Counted from the stretch's first letter, positions 46,310 to 56,813 are shown. The stretch is 64,000 bases of DNA from an uncultured bacterium (GCA_963801165.1 CAWDDT010000010.1:1-64000), one strand, 5' to 3'. Notes: generated by a model not told the origin, from the letters alone. Numbers and translations are program-made.

Positions 46310-47584
46310 CTATGCAACCCGCCGCTCCGCAGGAGGCTGCGGATGGAGCGCTCGTGCCGCATCGTCGACCAAATCGAGCAATTCGCGGCGCAGCGAGTCG
46401 AGTTCCTCGCGCACCGAATCGAGCCCGGTCTGCGCAGTTGTGAGCACCTTCTTGCTGCGAGAGAAGTGCTGGGCCAGCCCCCTGATCCGCTCCAGCGTGT
46501 CGAGAGCGGCGCAGGTGTCGATGCTCTCGACATGACCTGACGTGCCACGTGCCGCCGCGGTGATCCAACGAAGGGCCACTCTGGCGAGTGTTCCGTCGCC
46601 GGGATCGACGACGAGAAGCCGATTCCCATAGACGCCGAAGCTTCCCACTTCGTACGGGAAGGCGTCTTCGTGGGAGATGCACAACGCCCAGGTGGCGTTG
46701 CGGTTGTCCATCGCCCGGTCCAGCTCGCACAAGATGCCGGAAGCTCCACCCAGCGCGATCCGGGAGCTGTTCTTGACCTCGATTGCGATCCGGGTGCCGT
46801 CGGGGAGCGTCAGCGCAAAATCACCGACCCTGGCGTCGGGTCCCAACGTCCCGGACAGATTGCCGGTTCGCTCGACGATACATCCGGCCATGCTCCGCGC
46901 TTCAGCACGCAGCATGTCCTCAACCGCGTCCTCGAACTCGACACCCTTGGCCGTTCCCTTCGCCGCTTCCTGACGGCGCTCCTGCTCACCTACCAGCAGG
47001 TCGCGCAATTCGCGAAAGCGGCGCTCGAAGGTGTCGATCAATCGCCCGAGACCGTGGTCGGCCTCTGCGGAGTCGAAGACGTCGGTAAGTCGCTGTGCCA
47101 GCGGCCCGCCGGGACCCAGTATGTCTTCGATGGCGTCAACGAGCTTGGCCGTATGGCTGTCCGCACGATCGGGGTCGAGCCGGGCGAGCGTCTCCTGATG
47201 CAGTTGTGCGAGCTCTGCGAGGGTCCGGTAAGTCAGCGACGAGCGGACCTCCGGATCCAGTTGTGCCATGAGCTCATTTCGCCCGGTCCGCATCGCGTCT
47301 CCGAAATGGGTCTCGGCGGCGGTCGCCGCAGAGACGAGAATGTCGCGCACCCGATTCTCCATCTCGTCCACAGTCGCCCGCATCGTGGCCGTCGCCAGAC
47401 CGTGCAGCCCGATACCGATGGCTCTCGTCAGCTCGGCAGCTCGCTGCTCGGGATGGAGTGAACCGAGATGCTCGACCACCGCAGGCTCGGTCAGCACGAG
47501 GTTGGAGACGATGACCCGGTCGTGATCAACCGTGACGGTTGCGCCGGGCATCTGGTGGTTTGGGGAAGCCTCTGTTGTGTCCAT
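46310..47584 (-). CDS. Coiled-coil protein with PD-(D/E)XK-like domain (DUF2130/RmuC-like)
   Basis: KGVEFED, VGDF...IAIEVKN flanked by helical regions. Confidence 0.65.
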   Translation of the reverse strand: MDTTEASPNHQMPGATVTVDHDRVIVSNLVLTEPAVVEHLGSLHPEQRAAELTRAIGIGLHGLATATMRATVDEMENRVRDILVSAATAAETHFGDAMRTGRNELMAQLDPEVRSSLTYRTLAELAQLHQETLARLDPDRADSHTAKLVDAIEDILGPGGPLAQRLTDVFDSAEADHGLGRLIDTFERRFRELRDLLVGEQERRQEAAKGTAKGVEFEDAVEDMLRAEARSMAGCIVERTGNLSGTLGPDARVGDFALTLPDGTRIAIEVKNSSRIALGGASGILCELDRAMDNRNATWALCISHEDAFPYEVGSFGVYGNRLLVVDPGDGTLARVALRWITAAARGTSGHVESIDTCAALDTLERIRGLAQHFSRSKKVLTTAQTGLDSVREELDSLRRELLDLVDDAARALHPQPPAERRVA

Positions 47585-47687
47585 ACCGGCAACTTACCGG
47601 GCGGGTGTGACACGTTTCGCGGTCGTTTGAGGGTCGCCGCCGAGCCGGAGTACCAGTCATCGGCTCGCGATGTGGTGTAATCGTCTC

Positions 47688-49289
47688 ATGCAGGCAGACG
47701 CCGTGGCGATCACCGCGCTCCGACCGAGGCTCGAAAAGCTGGCCGAACTGCTCGACAGTGTCGAGTTCAGTCTTCCGACCCAGGGCCGGGACGACGCCGA
47801 GCGTGTTCGCACCGCGGTCATCCGCACGGTTCAGGAGTACCTGATTCCCCGGCTGGACGAGCCGGAGGCGCCCGTGGTCGCTGCGGTGATCGGTGCATCG
47901 GGCACGGGTAAGTCGACGATCGTCAACTCGCTCGCCAACGACAGGATCAGCGACGTCGGTCCGTTGCGCCCGACCACCAGGAACGCGGTTCTCTGGGCTC
48001 ATCGCGAGCACGGTTCACGCTATTGGTCCGAGTTCGTGGCCCGGGTGCGGGACCGTGTCGGTCCGACAGTCGAGGTGGTGATCGGGGATGATGAGCTGAT
48101 CGGCGACCTCACGATCATCGACACCCCGCCCGCCGAGTACGTTGCCCCATCCGGAAGGCGACCAGCGGTTGATGCTCTTGCCCTTGCCGACCTTTGCGTG
48201 TTCGTCACCAGCCCGTCGCGATATGCGGATATCTCGGCTTGGGAGTTCCTCCGCGAGATCCGCTGGCGAGGCGTACCGATGCTGTTCGTCCTGAACCGGC
48301 TCCCGTCGGATCGGGACGTGGCCGCGTCGCTGTTGAACGACTTTGCCCGTCGCCTCCACGACAACGGGTTGTTGCTCGAACCCGACGCCGCCATGGTGTT
48401 CGGTGTCGACGAAGCGGTAGGAGACCGCTGGCATGGGGGTCTCGACCCGAGTGCGGTTGGGGCGCTACGCAACGAGCTCGGTGCCGTTTCGAACACCGGG
48501 TACCGCAACACGCTTGTCGCAATGACCGCATACACCACTGGTCGCAACCTGGTCGATCGGTGCCGGGTGATCAGCGACGAGTTCGCTGACATCGCGGCGA
48601 TCTCCACCGAGCTCGACTCGGCGGTGAGCGACGCATACGGCAACCAGGTCGCAGAGATCACGCGGTTGGTTGCCGACGGTGCTCTCAGCGACATGGCGCG
48701 TCACAAGACCTGGTCCGAAGCGGCCGTCGACCTGACCGCGATCGTAACCAGAAGGGCGGGGGTTGCCGCCCAGGAAACGGCCGGCATATGGATGAGTCAC
48801 GAGACGGGCGACGCGTTGCTCGCCGGCAAGGGGACCTCGCTGTGGAGGCACACGGAGGACACGTCCTGGGACGTTCAGGGCCGTCTCGAGGAATGGCAGG
48901 AGGCTCTGGCACAGGTCGTGTCCAGAAACTCCAAGAAGGGGTCTCTGGGGCCACGTCCGGCAGCGCGGCTCGCCCGCAAGGCCTGGCGAGTCGTTGTCGA
49001 TCCCGCAACGGCACCGCCCCGGGCGGTGCGACGAAGGTTCAAGCACAAGCTCGACGCTTTCATCGAGGATGCCCAGAGCAGCCTGTCGGCCGTTGTCGCC
49101 GAGGCACTCGAGTTCGATGCGAGCAGGTTCCGTGGCCACTTGAGCGATCCAGCCCGGACGGCGGCGAGACTGGAGCGGCAACTGGCTGCGATCTCGTCGT
49201 TACTCGAGGGTGACCAGCAGGGGCAGCTGCTCGAGTCCGTGCTCGATGTCGGAGAGTCGCTCACGGGTGGCGGTGACGACGATGCGTGA
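47688..49289 (+). CDS. Dynamin-like GTPase A
   Basis: GASGTGKSTIVNSL, RPTT, IIDTP, VTSPSRYAD, VLNR; long helical C-terminus. Confidence 0.8.
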   Translation: MQADAVAITALRPRLEKLAELLDSVEFSLPTQGRDDAERVRTAVIRTVQEYLIPRLDEPEAPVVAAVIGASGTGKSTIVNSLANDRISDVGPLRPTTRNAVLWAHREHGSRYWSEFVARVRDRVGPTVEVVIGDDELIGDLTIIDTPPAEYVAPSGRRPAVDALALADLCVFVTSPSRYADISAWEFLREIRWRGVPMLFVLNRLPSDRDVAASLLNDFARRLHDNGLLLEPDAAMVFGVDEAVGDRWHGGLDPSAVGALRNELGAVSNTGYRNTLVAMTAYTTGRNLVDRCRVISDEFADIAAISTELDSAVSDAYGNQVAEITRLVADGALSDMARHKTWSEAAVDLTAIVTRRAGVAAQETAGIWMSHETGDALLAGKGTSLWRHTEDTSWDVQGRLEEWQEALAQVVSRNSKKGSLGPRPAARLARKAWRVVVDPATAPPRAVRRRFKHKLDAFIEDAQSSLSAVVAEALEFDASRFRGHLSDPARTAARLERQLAAISSLLEGDQQGQLLESVLDVGESLTGGGDDDA

Positions 49290-50559
49290 CGTGCCGGAGC
49301 TGCTTGACGCGATCGACCTGGTTCTCGCTCGTGCCGGAGGAATCGTGCCGCAGGGTGTTCTCGACCAGGCGCGCCAATTTGCAGGTGAGATAAGAGAGCG
49401 GCGTGGCTTTCTCGGCGAGACGCTGGTGTTGGCGATCGCCGGGGGTACCGGGACCGGCAAGTCCAGCCTGGTCAACGCTCTCGCCGGTGAGGTGATCACC
49501 TCGGTCAGCGTGCTGCGGCCCCACACCGACGAGCCGTTTGCGGTGGTGCCGCAGAATCCAGAGCCTGCTGTGACGGTCCTCCTCGACACACTAGGTGTTG
49601 CCTACCGTCATGAGCACGCGGGGTTCACTCGCACCGCGATCATCGACCTGCCGGATATCGACTCGATAGCGGACTGGCATCGTGAGCGGGTTGAGGATCT
49701 GATTCCCCGGGTCGATGGCGTCATCTGGCTATTCGATCCCGATAAGTACCGCGACCCGATTGTCCACGACGAGTTCCTCACACAGCTTGCGGTGCACAAG
49801 AGCCAGTTCATCTTCGCTCTCAACAAGATCGACAAGCTGCGCCCGGACGACCTCCAGACGGTTCGGCAAGACCTGATCGACACGCTGGCAGCGGACGGCT
49901 ATCCACGACCGGCGTTGTTTGCTTTGGCGGCCGATCCACCGGGTGCGTCTCCGCGTGGCATCGACTTGTTCCGAGAGTACGTAACCGAGAGGATCGACAC
50001 CAAGACGGTCATGCTGGGCAAGGTCATACGAGACGGCGCCCGGATCGTGCGTGCGATCGGTATCGAGGCCGGTGTGTGGGAAGGGGCCTCGCTCGACTTT
50101 GACAAGGCATGGGCGAGAGTCCGTCGAGAGGTGCTGGCCGGGGTCGGCTCCGAATCGACGCATGCAGATCGCGAGGATGCGCTATGCCGTCTCGAAGACC
50201 TGACCGCGGCCATTGCCGTCAAGGCAGGTCCGCTACTGGGAAACAGGATTCGGGCTGCGGCAGATCGCGACACGATCGAAGCCCTCGTCGCCGACCTCGC
50301 GACGGCCGGTCCGGCTGATCGAGAGCAGAGCCAGGGTCTCTGGCAACGCCTCACCGGAGCGGACGACGAGAAGCCGCCACCCGGCCCGCGGGCGCAGTTG
50401 CTGGATCGGGTGCTCGGCGAGCCCCTACGCGAGATCTTGTGGAAGCGTGCCCTCCTTGGTGCCACCGTCACGCACGCGGTCGTCGGTGCCGCCCAGCTCG
50501 AGGAAAAGTTGCGACGGAGTCGGCGGGTCGACGATGAGGGGGACCCTCAGCGAGACTGA
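49282..50559 (+). CDS. Dynamin-like GTPase B
   Basis: GGTGTGKSSLVNAL, RPHT, DLPDIDS, DPDKY, NKID; overlaps gene A. Confidence 0.8.
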   Translation: MRDVPELLDAIDLVLARAGGIVPQGVLDQARQFAGEIRERRGFLGETLVLAIAGGTGTGKSSLVNALAGEVITSVSVLRPHTDEPFAVVPQNPEPAVTVLLDTLGVAYRHEHAGFTRTAIIDLPDIDSIADWHRERVEDLIPRVDGVIWLFDPDKYRDPIVHDEFLTQLAVHKSQFIFALNKIDKLRPDDLQTVRQDLIDTLAADGYPRPALFALAADPPGASPRGIDLFREYVTERIDTKTVMLGKVIRDGARIVRAIGIEAGVWEGASLDFDKAWARVRREVLAGVGSESTHADREDALCRLEDLTAAIAVKAGPLLGNRIRAAADRDTIEALVADLATAGPADREQSQGLWQRLTGADDEKPPPGPRAQLLDRVLGEPLREILWKRALLGATVTHAVVGAAQLEEKLRRSRRVDDEGDPQRD

Positions 50560-51476
50560 CGGCCGGGGACGACAACCGTGAGGGCATCATATGCCGGCGT
50601 TATCTCCACCGAATCAGCAGTGCCCAGCAACTCCCCGTCGGCCTGGAAGCGCGCCGGCGGTTCTGCTTCGATGATCAGCTTGTCGAACCCGGTGAACACG
50701 TGTGCTCCCGTCCGGCGGGCCATCGGCCGTCGGAGTAGCCCCCGGGCGACGAGACCGATGGCCGAGGTTGGCGAGACACGCTCGATGGCAACTGCGGTCA
50801 GCCCGTCGATCGGCTCGGGGTCGATGCGGAGTGGCACTCGACCCCAGTAGGTGTACGAGTCGTGGATCTGGACCAGCACGGTTGCAGCGTGGACCCGGGC
50901 GCCTTCACATTGGACGAGCATGTCGGGGAGCCGGGTCCGGTACTTGCCGAGCACCTGTCCCGTGACGATGGCGGCGAAGTTAAGCGACGAGAAGTGATAT
51001 TTCGCGGTGGGGCGCTGATCCGAGATGGCAACGACGTCGGCGTCGAGGCCCATTCCCAGCGAGAACACGGCATATTCCGAGCGAGCCGCCAGTGGATTCT
51101 CGGTTGCGATGTGGGCGAGGGTGAGCAGTCGCGGTCTGCCCGAGATGAGACGGGAGGCTGCCTTACCCGCGTTGGTGGGAATGCCGAGGATACGGGCAAC
51201 CACGTTGGTGGTTCCCGTGGGGATCACACCGAGCGCGGTTCCGGTGAACGCCAAACCGTTCGCTACGTGGTGGACGACACCATCTCCTCCCATCGCCGCG
51301 ACAACCGAGTAGCCGGCGGCGGCGGCGTCTGCAGCGGCCTGGCGTGACTCGGCGGGGCTGTTTGGCCACGCCGTGGTTACTGCGTAGGAGGTGGCCAGCG
51401 TCGTTTCAACCTCGCGAAGAGCCGCCCCGGTGAATCCGGATGCCGAAGGGTTGGCGATGAGCAGGAGCCGGCGCAT
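50547..51476 (-). CDS. Diacylglycerol kinase family lipid kinase
   Basis: IANPSASG, MGGDGV, IPTGTTN, QADGE. Confidence 0.9.
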   Translation of the reverse strand: MRRLLLIANPSASGFTGAALREVETTLATSYAVTTAWPNSPAESRQAAADAAAAGYSVVAAMGGDGVVHHVANGLAFTGTALGVIPTGTTNVVARILGIPTNAGKAASRLISGRPRLLTLAHIATENPLAARSEYAVFSLGMGLDADVVAISDQRPTAKYHFSSLNFAAIVTGQVLGKYRTRLPDMLVQCEGARVHAATVLVQIHDSYTYWGRVPLRIDPEPIDGLTAVAIERVSPTSAIGLVARGLLRRPMARRTGAHVFTGFDKLIIEAEPPARFQADGELLGTADSVEITPAYDALTVVVPGRQSR

Positions 51477-51508
51477 ACCCGGGGGACGATACAGGTACGC
51501 TTGGTGCT

Positions 51509-52147
51509 ATGAGATATGTTGACCGGGCAGACGCCGGTCGCATTCTGGCCGGGAATGTCGCCGAAGTGCTGGCCCAGATGGGGGAGACGTCGTCGCCGCT
51601 CGTCCTCGGCATCCCCCGCGGTGGGGTCGTCGTTGCCGGACCCGTGGCGCGGCGCCTGGGCGGAGATCTCAACGTCGCGCTCGCCAGGAAGATGGGCGCC
51701 CCGGGCCAGCCCGAGCTGGCGCTCGGAGCCGTAGGGGAGACCGGGACGGTCGTGTTGGTCGACGACATCGTTCGAGCTTTCGGGGTCTCGGCCGCGACAC
51801 TCGACGACTTGACCCGGACCGCACAGCACGAGCTTGCCGAGCGATTGGCGGTGTACCGCGCGGTGAAGCCGGCACCCGAGGTCGCCGGGAGAGTGGTTGT
51901 CGTAGTCGATGACGGGGTCGCGACCGGTGCGACCTTTCGTGCCACCTTGCAGACGATTCGCAAGAGCGGTCCGGGCCTGCTGGTGGGTGCGATACCGGTC
52001 GGGCCAATCGATGCGACCGCCGGGCTCGAGTCAGAGGCGGATGTTCTGGTGTGCCCGCAGCGTCCGCGCTGGTTTCGTTCTGTCGGGCAGTGGTACGAGA
52101 TATTTACCCAGGTCGACGATGAGGAAGTGGTGGCGCTGTTGGTGTGA
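51509..52147 (+). CDS. Phosphoribosyltransferase family protein
   Basis: DRADAG, LGIPRGG, VVVDDGVATGAT. Confidence 0.9.
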   Translation: MRYVDRADAGRILAGNVAEVLAQMGETSSPLVLGIPRGGVVVAGPVARRLGGDLNVALARKMGAPGQPELALGAVGETGTVVLVDDIVRAFGVSAATLDDLTRTAQHELAERLAVYRAVKPAPEVAGRVVVVVDDGVATGATFRATLQTIRKSGPGLLVGAIPVGPIDATAGLESEADVLVCPQRPRWFRSVGQWYEIFTQVDDEEVVALLV

Positions 52148-52157
52148 GGAGGTGGCG

Positions 52158-52526
52158 CTACGAGGCGATCATCTTGGCGACGCGATCGCGCAGGTCGGTA
52201 GGACGGAAAGGCTTCGTCATGAAGTCATCCGCACCCCCCTCCTGTGCCTGAACGGCCACCTCGGGTTGGGCGTGTGCGGTGAGAATCAGAACCTTGGTGT
52301 CACGAGTGGCGTCGTCGGCCCGCAATCTCCGCAGGACCTCCCAGCCATCCATGCCGGGCAGCCCGATATCGAGGACGATGGCAGTCGGCAGGATCTCCCT
52401 CGCGGCTTGGAGACCGGCGATGCCGTCGGCCGCGCCGATGATGTTCAGGCTCAACTCGCGTAGGCAGACTTCGATAAGCCGGCGAACGCTTGCAGAGTCT
52501 TCAACAATCAGGATTGAGTCGCTCAC
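52158..52526 (-). CDS. Single-domain response regulator
   Basis: ILIVED, VLDIGLPGMDG, ILTA, MTKPF; start uncertain. Confidence 0.88.
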   Translation of the reverse strand: MSDSILIVEDSASVRRLIEVCLRELSLNIIGAADGIAGLQAAREILPTAIVLDIGLPGMDGWEVLRRLRADDATRDTKVLILTAHAQPEVAVQAQEGGADDFMTKPFRPTDLRDRVAKMIAS

Positions 52527-52622
52527 CCCGACAGTATCGGCTGATTGGCGTCCCACTGCAGCGGTTTTTTCATTGTTCGGCTCCACGGCGTGTGTCGGTG
52601 CAAGGGTCGTCCGTGGCACAAC

Positions 52623-52668
52623 GATGATTTCCCACGTAGCCTTGAGATGATTTCCCACGTAGCCTTGA
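52623..52668. repeat. 23-bp perfect tandem duplication GATGATTTCCCACGTAGCCTTGA
   Basis: Two adjacent copies upstream of pruA. Confidence 0.9.
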
Positions 52669-52701
52669 TATATGCGATCCGGCGAGCAAAGGACACCTGC
52701 G

Positions 52702-54249
52702 ATGGAGCCGTTCCGAAACGAGCCGTACTCCGACTTCACCGTCTCCGAACCACAACGCGCCTACCGGCAAGCTCTCGACGTCGTGGAGTCCAAGCTTGGC
52801 GGTCATGTACCGCTCGTGATCGGCGGCAAGCCGGTCGACACGGACGAGCGCATCGTCTCCCGCAACCCGGCCAAGCCGGAGGAAGTAGTGGGGACGACGG
52901 CATGCGCATCGGAGGCCGAGGCGCAGCTAGCGCTTGATGCGGCCACGACCGCATATGTGGACTGGTCGCGGCGGCCGTCGGCAGAACGGGCTGAGCTGGT
53001 GCACCGGATCGGAGACTTGATCGCAGAACGCAAGCTCGAGATGTCCGCGTGGATGACGCTGGAGGCCGGCAAGAACTGGGCGGAGGCGGAGGCCGATGTG
53101 GCCGAGGCAATCGACTTCTGCCGCTACTACGCCCACGAGGCCGTGCGACTCGATGAACCGGTACCCGTTCATGCATATCCCGGCGAGACGAACGAGTCGT
53201 TCCTGTTGCCGATCGGCCCGGGGGTAGTGATCCCGCCGTGGAACTTCCCGCTGGCGATTCTCGTTGGGATGACCGTAGGCCCGGTTGCCGCAGGCAACAC
53301 GGTGGTGTTGAAGCCGGCGTCCAACACCCCCGTTCTCGGAGCGCATTTCATGGACATTGCGACCGAGGCGGGACTCCCCGAGGGTGTCATCAACTTCCTG
53401 CCCGGCCCCGGTTCCGAAGTCGGCGACTTCCTGGTCGACCACTCCGCGACGCGATTCGTCAACTTCACCGGTTCCAAGGAGGTTGGGCTCCGCATCTCGG
53501 AGCGGGCGGCAGCGGTTCACCCCGGCCAGCGTTGGCTCAAGCGCGCCTACATGGAGATGGGCGGCAAAGACGGCATGATTGTCGACGAAACCGCCGACCT
53601 CGATCTGGCGGCCGACGCCATCGTGCGCAGCGCCTACGGGTACCAGGGCCAGAAGTGCTCGGCTTGTTCCCGAACGATGGTGGTGGCGTCCGTTCACGAC
53701 GATCTGCTCGATCGAGTTGTGGCGAAGGCCGCCGCGCTGGAGATCGGCCCCGCTGTCGAGAACAAACCGGTCGGGCCCGTTATCTCCGCTACCCAACGCA
53801 GGACGATCCTCGACGAAATCGAACGTGGTCGCTCAGAAGGCACCCTTGTACTCGGCGGCACCGGTGTCGACATGGACGGTGGTTACTACATCGAGCCGAC
53901 GATCTTCGCCGGAGTCGAGCCCCAGCACCGGCTGGCTCAGCACGAGATCTTCGGTCCGGTGCTGTCCTTCCTCCGTGCTGCCGACTTCGACGAGGCGCTC
54001 AGGATGGCGAACGACACCGAGTACGGGCTCACCGGTGGTCTCATCTCGAGTGACCAGGAGCGGATCGATCGGGTGATCCGTGAGTTCCACGTCGGGAACC
54101 TGTACATCAACCGCAAGATCACGGGCGCCCTGGTTGGTGTGCAGCCGTTCGGTGGGTTCAAGATGTCGGGCTCGAACGCCAAGGCAGGCGGCCCCGACTA
54201 CTTGCGCCTCTTCATGGAGATGAAGACGGTGGCGATCCGGGAACTGTGA
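52702..54249 (+). CDS. pruA: 1-pyrroline-5-carboxylate (L-glutamate gamma-semialdehyde) dehydrogenase
   Basis: PFRNEP, EAIDF, PWNFP, FTGS, EMGGKD, GQKCSACSR, QPFGGFKMSG. Confidence 0.93.
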   Translation: MEPFRNEPYSDFTVSEPQRAYRQALDVVESKLGGHVPLVIGGKPVDTDERIVSRNPAKPEEVVGTTACASEAEAQLALDAATTAYVDWSRRPSAERAELVHRIGDLIAERKLEMSAWMTLEAGKNWAEAEADVAEAIDFCRYYAHEAVRLDEPVPVHAYPGETNESFLLPIGPGVVIPPWNFPLAILVGMTVGPVAAGNTVVLKPASNTPVLGAHFMDIATEAGLPEGVINFLPGPGSEVGDFLVDHSATRFVNFTGSKEVGLRISERAAAVHPGQRWLKRAYMEMGGKDGMIVDETADLDLAADAIVRSAYGYQGQKCSACSRTMVVASVHDDLLDRVVAKAAALEIGPAVENKPVGPVISATQRRTILDEIERGRSEGTLVLGGTGVDMDGGYYIEPTIFAGVEPQHRLAQHEIFGPVLSFLRAADFDEALRMANDTEYGLTGGLISSDQERIDRVIREFHVGNLYINRKITGALVGVQPFGGFKMSGSNAKAGGPDYLRLFMEMKTVAIREL

Positions 54250-54323
54250 GCCGCCTGTGAAATCCCCGGGGTAACGCACCGGCGGTGCGACAATGGTCCC
54301 AACCGCCTTCCCCGGGTGAACAT

Positions 54324-55499
54324 ATGGACCTACATCTCGATGGTCGCGGTCGACCGATACTGGTCGCCCTGGCGGTCGCAGCTGCGGTTGCCCTCATTGC
54401 CGTCGTGACTTCCACCGTGGGAGTCCGCACCGCCGAGGCCGCACCGGCGACGACCGTGGCACCGCAACAAACCGATCCGGCTACGTCCGCCGCGCCCGCC
54501 GGTATTGCAGCAGTGCCTGCCGGAGGTGTCGAGCTGTGGGAGGGCCCGAACCGCAACGCCTACTTCACACTCGCCGAGGGCGTCCTCCTGCCGTACCTGT
54601 ATCGCCGCGACGGCTGGCTGCTGGTGACGACGATGTGCAACGATACCGCTTGGGTCAACGCCTCCGACGTCGTGGTGGAGGACCAACAGGCGACGCCGAA
54701 GACGCCGGGGCCTGGATTCGACATCTCTCAGGCAACCATCGTCGTCGACCCCGGGCACGGATCTCGTGACTGGGGCGGAGTCGGACCGACCGGGCTGACC
54801 GAGAAGGAGACCAACCTCGACATCGCTGTCAGGGTGCAGGACCTGATGTCGGCGTCACGTGATGTCGACTGGACGACAGGAACTGTCACCGCCGGTAGCG
54901 CGGTACCCGCGTTTGGCCATGTCGTGCTCACCAGGAGCCCGGGCGGGCCCAACCAGGGGGACTACGAGCTGGGGCTCGGGTATCGGGCCACCGTCGCCGA
55001 TGCCGCCGGTGCCGATGCACTCGTGTCCATCCACGACAATACGCTGCCGCGATCTCAGACCGACATACCAGGATCCGAGGTCTATTACTCGATCGGAGCC
55101 GAGGGATCGGATCGTCTCGCCGGTTTGATCTACCAGGAGCTGCTGCTGAGCTTCTCGCCCTACGATGTCGCCTGGACCGGGGGAGAGGAGCTGGGCGCGA
55201 GAGCCCGGATCGACCCGGAGACGGGTGACGACTACTACGGTCTGCTCCGCCGGGCCACGATGCCCGCGGTGATCGTAGAGGGCGTGTACATCTCCGAGGC
55301 CGAGCAGGAGGCTCTGCTTGCCACCCCCGAGTTCCGCCAATCGTACGCCGAAGCCGTGTATCGCGGACTAGTGCGCTTTCTGACCACGAACGACAGCGGC
55401 ACGGGGGTACACGATCCCGAGATGTTCTATCAGGATGCCGGGACCGTGACCGGTAACGGATGTGAGCTTCCGGCGCAGCCGGCCGCCGCCGGTCAATAG
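54324..55499 (+). CDS. N-acetylmuramoyl-L-alanine amidase (Amidase_3), secreted
   Basis: VVDPGHG, TEKETNL, LTR, SIHDN, VIVEG. Confidence 0.88.
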   Translation: MDLHLDGRGRPILVALAVAAAVALIAVVTSTVGVRTAEAAPATTVAPQQTDPATSAAPAGIAAVPAGGVELWEGPNRNAYFTLAEGVLLPYLYRRDGWLLVTTMCNDTAWVNASDVVVEDQQATPKTPGPGFDISQATIVVDPGHGSRDWGGVGPTGLTEKETNLDIAVRVQDLMSASRDVDWTTGTVTAGSAVPAFGHVVLTRSPGGPNQGDYELGLGYRATVADAAGADALVSIHDNTLPRSQTDIPGSEVYYSIGAEGSDRLAGLIYQELLLSFSPYDVAWTGGEELGARARIDPETGDDYYGLLRRATMPAVIVEGVYISEAEQEALLATPEFRQSYAEAVYRGLVRFLTTNDSGTGVHDPEMFYQDAGTVTGNGCELPAQPAAAGQ

Positions 55500-55533
55500 C
55501 CGACTTGCGCTGTCAGAGCATTAGATTGGGGGG

Positions 55534-56772
55534 ATGCACAAAGCCCCCTTCGTGGTTGCGCTCGTCCTTGTGCTGACCGCATGCTCGGGCACCGAGGTAG
55601 CGCCAACGACTACGGCCGCCGAGCTGACGCCGCTACCGCCGGCGACGACACAGGTAACGACGCCCACCACAACCAGCACGACCACGACGATCGTCCCGGT
55701 TCCGCTCGGGGTGCCCGCCGACCCCGACCCACCTGCCCCCGCTCCGGAGCCGCGGTTGCTCGACGGGTTCACCGGGAGAGGGGTTGTGACCATTGCGGCC
55801 GGGGGAGCCGAGCTGTACGACGACATCGGTGGAGAGCCGTTCGTCGTCGCCCGCGAAGGTCTCATCTTCGCCGCGGAGACCATGCAGGACGACTGGATCC
55901 AGGTATTCACATCGTGCGACGCTACGGCCTGGGTGAAAGCCTCCCGGGTCCTGGCACAACCCCCGGCCGCGTCTGGCGAGATCGGAGCGGGGTTCGACTT
56001 CGGCAACGCCACCATCGTCATCGATCCGGGACACGGAGGGCCGTGGAACACCGGTGCGGCCAGCCCATCCGGGCTCGTCGAGAAGACGATCAACCTGGAC
56101 ATCGCCAGGCGGGTCGTCGATCTGCTCCGCGCGCCCCACAGTGTCGACTGGAACACGGGTGAGATCTTCGTTGGCGACGAGGTCCCGGCGGCCGGGTGGG
56201 TGCTGATCACCCGTGTCGGCGACGCCGAGACCGGGGACTACGAGGCAGGGCTGACATTTCGTTCCGAGCTGGCCAATGCCGCCAACGCCGACGCCATGGT
56301 GGCGATCCACAACAACGCCGGATGGGAGGTCCGCCTCGACCATCCCGGTTCCGACGTCTACTACCAGTCTCAGATCGTCGAGTCCCGGCGGTTTGCCAGG
56401 ATCATGGTTCAGGAGCTGCTGCGCAGCTTCTCGTCGTTCGCAGCTGACTGGGTTGGGGCGAATGTCGCAGGAGCAAAGTCCCGTCTCAGCCCGCATGAGG
56501 GTAACCCGCAGTACTACGGCATTCTTCGTCGCAGCGAGATGCCGACCGTGATCACCGAGGGTGCCTATATCGCAAACCAGTCGGAAGCCGATCTGCTGGC
56601 CACGGCGGATTTCCGTCAGGCCTACGCCACGGCCGTCTACCGGGCCCTCATCCGCTTTCTCACCACCGACGACACGGGGACGGCGAGCGACTCCGATCCG
56701 GAGATCTGGAACGGCGATGCAGGTAGCGGTGACGCACGACCGCAGTGCGTCATCCCCGAACAGGATCAGTAG
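55534..56772 (+). CDS. N-acetylmuramoyl-L-alanine amidase (Amidase_3), lipoprotein paralog
   Basis: Lipobox LTAC; VIDPGHGG, VEKTINL, AIHNN, VITEG. Confidence 0.88.
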   Translation: MHKAPFVVALVLVLTACSGTEVAPTTTAAELTPLPPATTQVTTPTTTSTTTTIVPVPLGVPADPDPPAPAPEPRLLDGFTGRGVVTIAAGGAELYDDIGGEPFVVAREGLIFAAETMQDDWIQVFTSCDATAWVKASRVLAQPPAASGEIGAGFDFGNATIVIDPGHGGPWNTGAASPSGLVEKTINLDIARRVVDLLRAPHSVDWNTGEIFVGDEVPAAGWVLITRVGDAETGDYEAGLTFRSELANAANADAMVAIHNNAGWEVRLDHPGSDVYYQSQIVESRRFARIMVQELLRSFSSFAADWVGANVAGAKSRLSPHEGNPQYYGILRRSEMPTVITEGAYIANQSEADLLATADFRQAYATAVYRALIRFLTTDDTGTASDSDPEIWNGDAGSGDARPQCVIPEQDQ

Positions 56773-56813
56773 CGACAACCGCCTTGGCGTGTCTGTGTCC
56801 GCCCTCGTTCAGC

